From: Acidimicrobiia bacterium
GTDB taxonomy: Bacteria; Actinomycetota; Acidimicrobiia; IMCC26256; DASPTH01
Length of the DNA: 60,257 bases
Reading direction: 5' to 3'
Assembly (NCBI GenBank): GCA_036271015.1
Contig: DATBBL010000184.1
Span: 1-60,257, forward strand
Within the stretch, counting starts at the first letter, position 1. Each line of letters begins with the position of its first letter. Shown here piece by piece: positions 54,197 through 60,257 of the stretch. The translations under genes and the position numbers were made by a program. The notes below the pieces were generated by a model. That model saw only the letters and a program-made list of their open reading frames with translations. It made no database searches and was not told where the DNA came from.

Positions 54197-55282
54197 GTGG
54201 ACGGGCCACTGGTGGTACGCCGGCGCGGCGGCCACGGGCCCGGGTCCGCGCCGACCGGGCCCGCCGCCGGCGCCACCTGGGCGGTCGTCGGCGTCCTCGC
54301 CCTCCTCGTCCTCCCGTTCCTCGTCGCGGGCGGCTGGTTCCTCTGGCAGCTCCATCCGCCCGGGGGTGAGGGCGCCGCGGTCGCGGTCGAGATCAAACCG
54401 GGGTGGGGCGCGAAGGAGGCCGGGGACGAGCTGCAGTCGCGCGGCGTGATCGGTTCGTCGCTCGCGTTCCAGGTGTGGGAGAAGGTGTCGGGGGCCGGCT
54501 CGTTCCAGGCCGGCGCCTACCAGCTCCACGAGCGCATGGGCGTGTCCGCGGCTTCGGACGCGCTGGCGCGTGGGCCGTCGACCGCTGCCGCGGCCAGCGC
54601 CGGCCACACCGTCCTCACCCTGCCGCCCGGTCTCCGCCTCGACCAGATCGCCGATCGGGTCGGTGCGTTGCCCGGTCACGACCGCGCCGCCTTCCTCGCC
54701 CTCGCGCAGTCGGGCCAGATCCGCTCGCGCTATCAGGGCGATCAGGCCTCGGTCGAGGGCTTCACCTGGCCCGACACCTACTTCGTCGAGCACCAGACCG
54801 ACGCCCAGATCCTCCAGACCATCGTGTCGGAGTTCGATCGCCATGCGGATGCGGTGAACCTCGCCAACGCAGCATCCGTCGGGCTGACCCCGCAGCAGGC
54901 GGTGGTGGAAGCGTCGCTGATCCAGGCGGAAGCGGGCACCGCCGCGGACGCGCCCAAGATCGCCGCCGTCATCGCCAATCGCCTCAAGCAGGGCACTGCG
55001 CTGCAGATCGACGCCACCCTCTGCTACGCCAAGGGCGGTTGCCCGCCGATCCCGACCAACGCCGACAAGCAGCTCGACTCGCCGTACAACACGTACCGGG
55101 TCCAGGGGCTCCCGCCGACGCCGATCATGACCGTCACCGAGCAGTCGTTGCGCGCCACGCTCGCGCCCGCCGACGTCCCCTACCTCTTCTACGTGACCGG
55201 CAAGGATGGTGTGACGTACTACGCCACGACGCTGGCGGAGCACGAGGCGAACATCCGGGCACACGGGGTACGGGGAGAATGA
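54197..55282 (+). CDS. mltG: Endolytic murein transglycosylase MltG (YceG-like); N-terminus unresolved
   Basis: TM (WAVVGVLALLVLPFLVAGGWFLW), then the YceG domain (LASLIQ-like EASLIQAEAG, PTPIMTV...). The frame is open from 53993. GTG 54197 is the first start downstream of the repeat array. See the finding on the frame conflict. Confidence 0.8.
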   Translation: MDGPLVVRRRGGHGPGSAPTGPAAGATWAVVGVLALLVLPFLVAGGWFLWQLHPPGGEGAAVAVEIKPGWGAKEAGDELQSRGVIGSSLAFQVWEKVSGAGSFQAGAYQLHERMGVSAASDALARGPSTAAAASAGHTVLTLPPGLRLDQIADRVGALPGHDRAAFLALAQSGQIRSRYQGDQASVEGFTWPDTYFVEHQTDAQILQTIVSEFDRHADAVNLANAASVGLTPQQAVVEASLIQAEAGTAADAPKIAAVIANRLKQGTALQIDATLCYAKGGCPPIPTNADKQLDSPYNTYRVQGLPPTPIMTVTEQSLRATLAPADVPYLFYVTGKDGVTYYATTLAEHEANIRAHGVRGE

Positions 55283-56103
55283 ACGTCGACGGCGCGACGA
55301 GGGTCACCGGTCTCATCGGCGACCCGGTCGCGCACTCGCGCTCGCCCGCGATCCTCAACGCCGCGTTCCACGAAGCCGGCCTCGACTGGATCTACCTGGC
55401 GTTCCCGGTGCCACGCGGCCGCGGCGGCGAGGCGGTGGCGGCGGCGCGGTCGCTCGGCCTCGCCGGGCTGACCGTCACCATGCCGCACAAGGCCGACGCC
55501 GCCTGGGCCTGCGACGAGCTCACCCCCGACGCCGCCGCCCTCGGCGCGGTGAACGTCGTGACCGTCGAGGCCGACGGCCGCCTGGCCGGGTCGTCCACCG
55601 ACGGTGAGGGCTTCCTGCGGTCGGTGCGCGACGAGGGTTTCGACCCTGCGGGCACCGACGTGCTCGTCGCCGGCGCCGGCGGCGCCGCCCGGGCGATCGT
55701 CCTCGCCCTGGGGGGTGCCGGCGCCCGGGTCACCGTCGCCGCCCGCCGACGTGACGCGGCCGACACCGCCGCCGGCCTGGTGCCCGGTGGGCGCGGGGCC
55801 CGGCTCGACGAGATCGACCCCGGGGTGTTCGCCCTGGTGGTGAACGCCACCCCGCTCGGGATGCAGGGGGAGGCGGGACCGCTGCCCGTGGAACGTCTCA
55901 ACCCGGGCCAATTGGTGGTCGACACCGTGTACCACCCTATGGAAACGCCTTTTCTCGCTGCCGCCCGCTCCCGTGGGATCCGCGCCGCCAACGGGCTGGG
56001 CATGCTCGTCCACCAGGCCGCGCTCGCGTTCGAGCGCTGGACCGGGGTCGACGCCCCGCTCGCGGTGATGCGTGCCGCCGCCGCCCGGGATCCCCGCGCA
56101 TGA
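55279..56103 (+). CDS. aroE: Shikimate dehydrogenase
   Basis: [32 protein letters not shown]...[14 protein letters not shown] and NATPLGM. ATGA overlap with mltG. Confidence 0.9.
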   Translation: MNVDGATRVTGLIGDPVAHSRSPAILNAAFHEAGLDWIYLAFPVPRGRGGEAVAAARSLGLAGLTVTMPHKADAAWACDELTPDAAALGAVNVVTVEADGRLAGSSTDGEGFLRSVRDEGFDPAGTDVLVAGAGGAARAIVLALGGAGARVTVAARRRDAADTAAGLVPGGRGARLDEIDPGVFALVVNATPLGMQGEAGPLPVERLNPGQLVVDTVYHPMETPFLAAARSRGIRAANGLGMLVHQAALAFERWTGVDAPLAVMRAAAARDPRA

Positions 56104-56792
56104 CCGCCCTCCTCGTCGTCGCCTGCTCCGTGCTCGGCCTCGTGATCGGTTGGATGCTCGATCCGGTCATCACCCGCGTCCCCCGCAAGCGCGCGCTGCT
56201 CGGCCCGCCGGCGCCCGACGAGCCACCGTCGCCACGCGGCCGCCGGGTGACCGTCGCCATCGCCAACGCGGTGCTGTTCGGCGCCATGGCGGCGCGCTTC
56301 GACGACTCGTGGACCCTCGTCGCCTACCTCGTGCTCACCGCCGCGTTGCTGGCGCTGTCCGTGATCGACCTCGAGACGTACCTCCTGCCGAACCGGATCG
56401 TGTACCCGTTGACGGTCGCGATGCTGGTGCTGCTCCCGCTGGGGCTCCTGGCCGACGGCGACCTCGGCGCCTACGGCCGCGGCCTGCTCGCCGCGGTGAT
56501 CGCGTTCGCGCTGTTCTTCGTGGTGCATCTGGTGTCGCCGCGCGGCATGGGGTTCGGCGACGTGAAGCTGTCGTTCACCCTCGGGCTCGCGCTCGGGTGC
56601 GTCGGCTGGGGCGAGATGGTGCTCGGTCTGTTCCTCGGCTTCCTCTACGGCGCGGTGATCGGTCTCTTCCTCATCGTCACCAAGTTGCGGGACAGGGACC
56701 AGGCGGTACCGTTCGGTCCGTTCCTCGCCGCCGGTGCGATCACCGCGCTGCTGGTGGGGATGCCGATCCTCGACTGGTACCGCGGCCACTGA
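56100..56792 (+). CDS. A24-family prepilin peptidase-like membrane aspartyl protease
   Basis: Multi-[16 protein letters not shown] (first catalytic Asp) and GMGFGDVKL (second Asp). ATGA overlap with aroE. The position inside the aro cluster is common in Actinomycetota. Confidence 0.8.
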   Translation: MTALLVVACSVLGLVIGWMLDPVITRVPRKRALLGPPAPDEPPSPRGRRVTVAIANAVLFGAMAARFDDSWTLVAYLVLTAALLALSVIDLETYLLPNRIVYPLTVAMLVLLPLGLLADGDLGAYGRGLLAAVIAFALFFVVHLVSPRGMGFGDVKLSFTLGLALGCVGWGEMVLGLFLGFLYGAVIGLFLIVTKLRDRDQAVPFGPFLAAGAITALLVGMPILDWYRGH

Positions 56793-56875
56793 CCCGGCGC
56801 CGGTGCGCCGGCCGAATGAGCGAAGGGGCCGACGGGCCGCCGGTATCCTGGACCCTCCCCTTCGGAGGTTGTCGC

Positions 56876-58030
56876 GTGTTGCGTTACCTGACCGCCGGTG
56901 AGTCCCACGGCCCCGCGCTGACGGTGGTCGTCGAGGGGCTCCCCGCGGGCCTCCCGGTCACCGTCGACCAGATCGGTGACGAGCTCGCCCGCCGCCGGCT
57001 CGGCTTCGGGCGCGGTCCCCGCATGCGCTTCGAGCGCGACGACGTCGAACTCCTCGGCGGCGTCCGCCACGGCCTCACCCTCGGCTCCCCGGTCGCCATC
57101 GTCATCCACAACACCGAGTGGCCGAAGTGGCAGGAGGAGATGTCGCCCGCCCCGGGAGCCACCGAGAAGCCCCTGCACCAGCCCCGGCCCGGCCACGCCG
57201 ACCTGGTGGGGATGCAGAAGTACGGCTTCGACGACGCCCGCAACGTGCTCGAGCGGGCCAGCGCCCGCGAGACCGCGGCCCGGGTGGCCGCGGGGACGCT
57301 GGCCAAGCTCCTCCTCGCCCGGCTCGGCACCGAGATCGTGAGCCACGTGATCCAGATGGGCGCGGTGCGCGCCATGCGGGGGCTCCGGCCGACCCCGGCC
57401 GACCTCGCCACCGTCGACGACTCCCCGGTGCGCTGCTTCGACCCCGAGGCCGAGGCGGACATGATCCGCGAGGTCGAGGCGGCAGCCAAGGTCGGCGACT
57501 CGCTCGGGGGCGTGGTCGAGGTCCTCGGCTACGGCGTGCCGCCCGGGCTGGGCTCGCACGTGCACTGGGACCGCAAGGTCGACGGTCTGCTGGCGCAGGC
57601 ACTGATGAGCATCCAGGCGATGAAGGGCGTCGAGATCGGCGACGGCTTCGAGGTCGCCGGCGTCCGCGGCAGCGACGCCCACGACGAGATCCTCTGGGAC
57701 GACGACGCCGGCGAGTACACCCGCGGCTCGACGCGCGCCGGCGGGACCGAGGGCGGCATGACCACCGGCGGGCTCCTCGTGGCGCGGGTCGCGATGAAGC
57801 CGTTGGCCACGCTCAATCGCCCGGTGCTGAAGACCGTCGACACCACCACCAAGGAGGAGACGGTCTCGTTCAAGGAGCGCACCGACGTCACCGCGGTGCC
57901 CGCGTCGGGCGTCGTCGCCGAGACGATGACCGCGCTCGTCCTCGCGCAGGAGGCCACCCGCAAGTTCGGCGGCGACTCCCTCGAGGAGCTCGTGCGCAAC
58001 CACGCCGCGTACGTCGCGTCGCTGCGGTAA
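56876..58030 (+). CDS. aroC: Chorismate synthase
   Basis: [48 protein letters not shown] and GGTEGGM. GTG lies 7 nt after GGAGG. Confidence 0.95.
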   Translation: MLRYLTAGESHGPALTVVVEGLPAGLPVTVDQIGDELARRRLGFGRGPRMRFERDDVELLGGVRHGLTLGSPVAIVIHNTEWPKWQEEMSPAPGATEKPLHQPRPGHADLVGMQKYGFDDARNVLERASARETAARVAAGTLAKLLLARLGTEIVSHVIQMGAVRAMRGLRPTPADLATVDDSPVRCFDPEAEADMIREVEAAAKVGDSLGGVVEVLGYGVPPGLGSHVHWDRKVDGLLAQALMSIQAMKGVEIGDGFEVAGVRGSDAHDEILWDDDAGEYTRGSTRAGGTEGGMTTGGLLVARVAMKPLATLNRPVLKTVDTTTKEETVSFKERTDVTAVPASGVVAETMTALVLAQEATRKFGGDSLEELVRNHAAYVASLR

Positions 58031-58036
58031 CGCGTC

Positions 58037-58564
58037 ATGGCTGCACGGCACCTCGTGCTGATCGGGTTGATGGGCGCGGGCAAGACGACGGTGGGTGAGC
58101 GCTGCGCCGAGCTCCTGCACCGGCCGTTCCTCGACACCGACCAGCTGGTCGAGGCCAACACGCGGATGGGTGTCGCCGACATTTTCCGGCACCATGGCGA
58201 GCAGCAGTTCCGCGTGCTCGAGCGCGACGCGGTCGCCGACGCGTGCGCGTCGCCCGAACCGCTCGTGATCGCGTGCGGTGGCGGCGCGGTGCTCGACCCC
58301 GAGAACCGCCGCCGGCTGCGCGCGTGCGGCCTCGTCGTGTGGTTGCGGGCGTCGCCCGCAGTCCTCGGCACCCGCGTCGAGACCGGCGTCGACCGTCCCC
58401 TGCTCGCGGGGGCGGCGCCCCCGCTGGCCACCCTGGAGCGCCTGAGCGCGCAACGGGAGCCCGCCTACGAGGCCGCCGCCGAGGTGCAGGTCGACACCGA
58501 GGATCGCAGCGTCGACGAGGTCGCGGCCGCCGTGGTCGAGGAGTACGCGTCGTGGAACGGGTGA
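58037..58564 (+). CDS. aroK: Shikimate kinase
   Basis: Walker A LIGLMGAGKTTVG, plus DTD, FRVLE and GGGAV. Confidence 0.92.
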   Translation: MAARHLVLIGLMGAGKTTVGERCAELLHRPFLDTDQLVEANTRMGVADIFRHHGEQQFRVLERDAVADACASPEPLVIACGGGAVLDPENRRRLRACGLVVWLRASPAVLGTRVETGVDRPLLAGAAPPLATLERLSAQREPAYEAAAEVQVDTEDRSVDEVAAAVVEEYASWNG

Positions 58565-59646
58565 CGGTCGCGCTCCCGGACACCCCCTACGACGTCGTCG
58601 TCGGCGACGGTGCACTCGCGGACGCGGGCACGCTGCTCGCCGGGCGCCGCCGGGTCGCGGTCGTGAGCCAGCCCGGTGTCGCCGACTTCCACGCGCCGGC
58701 GCTGACCGCCGCCCTCCAGCGAGCGGGGGCGACCACCGATCTGTTCCTGATGGGGGAGGGCGAGGGCGCCAAGTCGCTCGCCACCGTCGACGACCTGTGC
58801 TCGCGCCTCGCCGCCTGGGGTCTCCTGCGCGACGACGCCGTCATCGCCCTGGGCGGGGGAGTGGTGGGCGACACCGCGGGCTTCGCCGCGTCGGTGTACC
58901 ACCGCGGCGTCAGCGTGGTGCAGGCACCGACGACGCTGCTCGCGCAGGTCGACGCCGCCATCGGCGGCAAGACCGCGGTCAACCTCCCCGAGGGCAAGAA
59001 CCTGGTCGGCGCCTTCCATCAGCCGCTCGCGGTCTACGCCGACGTGAGCACGCTCGCCACGCTGCCGCCGCGTGAGTACCGCGCCGGGCTGGGTGAGATC
59101 GCGAAGTACGCGTTGATGCCCGGTGGTGAGCGCGTCGCCACCCTCGTCCACGAGCGTGCGGCGGCGGTCGTCGCGCGCGACGTCGACGTGCTCACCGAGC
59201 TCGTGGCCGCGTGCGCGGCGATGAAGGCCCACGTCGTCGCGGCCGATCCGCTCGAGCGCACCGGCCTCCGCGCGACGTTGAACCTCGGCCACACCCTGGG
59301 GCACGCGCTGGAGTCGGTCGGCGGCTACGAGCTCCTGCACGGTGAGGCGGTGGCGGTGGGTCTCGTGTTCGCGGGTGCGTTGGCGGGCGCGCTCGAGCGC
59401 ATCGACGGCGAGGCCGTCGCGCACCACCGCAACGTCGTCGCCGCGCTCGACCTCCCCACCGCGGTGCCGGGCCCGGCCGACCCCGAGGCGTTGCTGGCCT
59501 CGATGCGCCGCGACAAGAAGGCGGTGGGCGGCCTCACCTTCGTGCTGCCGGGCCCGATGGGCCTGGAGACCGTCCACGACCCGGATGCGCGCGCGATCGA
59601 CGTCGCCTTCCGAGCGGTCGGGGTGTCGACCGGTGTGGGAGGCTGA
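58561..59646 (+). CDS. aroB: 3-dehydroquinate synthase
   Basis: LGGGVVGDTAGFAA, PTTLLAQVDAAIGGKTAVN, GKNLVGAFHQP and LNLGHTLGHALE. GTGA overlap with aroK. Confidence 0.95.
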   Translation: MTVALPDTPYDVVVGDGALADAGTLLAGRRRVAVVSQPGVADFHAPALTAALQRAGATTDLFLMGEGEGAKSLATVDDLCSRLAAWGLLRDDAVIALGGGVVGDTAGFAASVYHRGVSVVQAPTTLLAQVDAAIGGKTAVNLPEGKNLVGAFHQPLAVYADVSTLATLPPREYRAGLGEIAKYALMPGGERVATLVHERAAAVVARDVDVLTELVAACAAMKAHVVAADPLERTGLRATLNLGHTLGHALESVGGYELLHGEAVAVGLVFAGALAGALERIDGEAVAHHRNVVAALDLPTAVPGPADPEALLASMRRDKKAVGGLTFVLPGPMGLETVHDPDARAIDVAFRAVGVSTGVGG

Positions 59647-59651
59647 GGCAC

Positions 59652-60098
59652 GTGCCCACGCCGACCATCCTCCTGCTCTCGGGACCGAACCTGAACCTGC
59701 TCGGCGACCGCGAACCCGAGATCTACGGCACGACCACGCTCGCCGACCTGGTCGAGCTGGCCACCAAGACCGCCGCCGACCACGGCTACGAGCTCGAGCA
59801 CGTGCAGTCGAACCACGAGGGCGACCTCGTCGACGCCATCCACCGTGCGCGCGCCAGGTGTGCGGCGATCGTCATCAACGCCGGCGCCTTCACCCACTAT
59901 TCGTTTGCGCTCGCCGACGCCCTCGCCACCTTCGACGGGGTCAAGGTCGAGCTGCACATCTCCAATCCCGAGGCGCGGGAGCACTGGCGTCACGACTCGG
60001 TGATCTCGCCGTACATGACCGCCACCATGGCGGGGTTCGGTGCCGCCGGGTACCGCCTCGCGGTGGAGGGCGCGGTCGCCAAAGTGGAGGCCACATGA
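59652..60098 (+). CDS. aroQ: Type II 3-dehydroquinate dehydratase
   Basis: ILLLSGPNLNLLGDREPEIYG, QSNHEGDLVDAIH, INAGAFTHYS and HISNP. Confidence 0.95.
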   Translation: MPTPTILLLSGPNLNLLGDREPEIYGTTTLADLVELATKTAADHGYELEHVQSNHEGDLVDAIHRARARCAAIVINAGAFTHYSFALADALATFDGVKVELHISNPEAREHWRHDSVISPYMTATMAGFGAAGYRLAVEGAVAKVEAT

Positions 60099-60257
60099 CC
60101 GTCGTCGCTCTCGACCAACTGCCCGCGATGGACGTGGCCGGCCGTGTCGCACGCGTGCGCGACCGGTTCGACGAGGCCGGCGTCGACGCCCTGCTCGTCA
60201 CCCACCTCCCCAACGTGCGCTACCTCACCGGCTTCACCGGCAGCTCCGCGATGCTGC
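60095..60257 (+). CDS. M24-family Xaa-Pro aminopeptidase (PepQ/PepP-like), 3' end cut by window edge
   Basis: The N-terminal creatinase-like start RVARVRDRFDEAGVDALLVTHLPNVRYLTGFTGS is typical. ATGA overlap with aroQ. Follows aroQ as in mycobacteria. Confidence 0.7.
   Translation, partial: MTVVALDQLPAMDVAGRVARVRDRFDEAGVDALLVTHLPNVRYLTGFTGSSAML

Overview
This is a very GC-rich chromosomal segment that looks like Actinomycetota. The lineage call rests on mycothiol ligase mshC, F420-linked enzymes, the PI-mannoside genes pgsA/patA-like/pimA, an LAxTG sorting signal and frequent leaderless starts. It is almost entirely core housekeeping DNA, in the gene order known from mycobacteria and streptomycetes: divIVA, ileS, dksA-like, lspA, rluD, (two-component system, Rrf2), dnaE, mshC, thrS, HIT, pgsA-patA-pimA, lemA-htpX, pdxS-pdxT, yebC, ruvCAB, yajC-secDF, relA, hisS-aspS, rarA, alaS-ruvX-mltG, aroE, a prepilin peptidase, aroC-aroK-aroB-aroQ and pepQ. 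I found no rRNA, tRNA, CRISPR array, transposase or phage gene, and no convincing multi-gene defence-type system.

The non-core content is limited to six items:
- A roughly 6.5 kb envelope/surface islet (20.07-26.6 kb) splits the HIT/pgsA block. It carries a thioester-domain LAFTG-anchored adhesin.
- A DUF559 gene next to dnaE is flanked by imperfect direct repeats.
- An ECF sigma/anti-sigma pair sits between aspS and rarA.
- Three translationally coupled genes (PPOX/F420, MocA-like, CoxG-like) are inserted between yebC and ruvC.
- Several tandem-repeat arrays occur: 42 bp x4.5 at the ruvX/mltG junction with a reading-frame conflict, 61 bp x2 starting at the pimA stop codon, a 23-bp palindromic duplicate in a divergent promoter, and 15-mers bridging npdG and mshC.
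- A TANNNT-N6/7-start (leaderless) promoter architecture recurs, including an identical 15-mer upstream of pdxS and hisS.

Many long ORFs in the six-frame track are antisense or frame-shifted artefacts of the high GC content and are rejected. All homology statements come from motif recognition by eye, not database searches.
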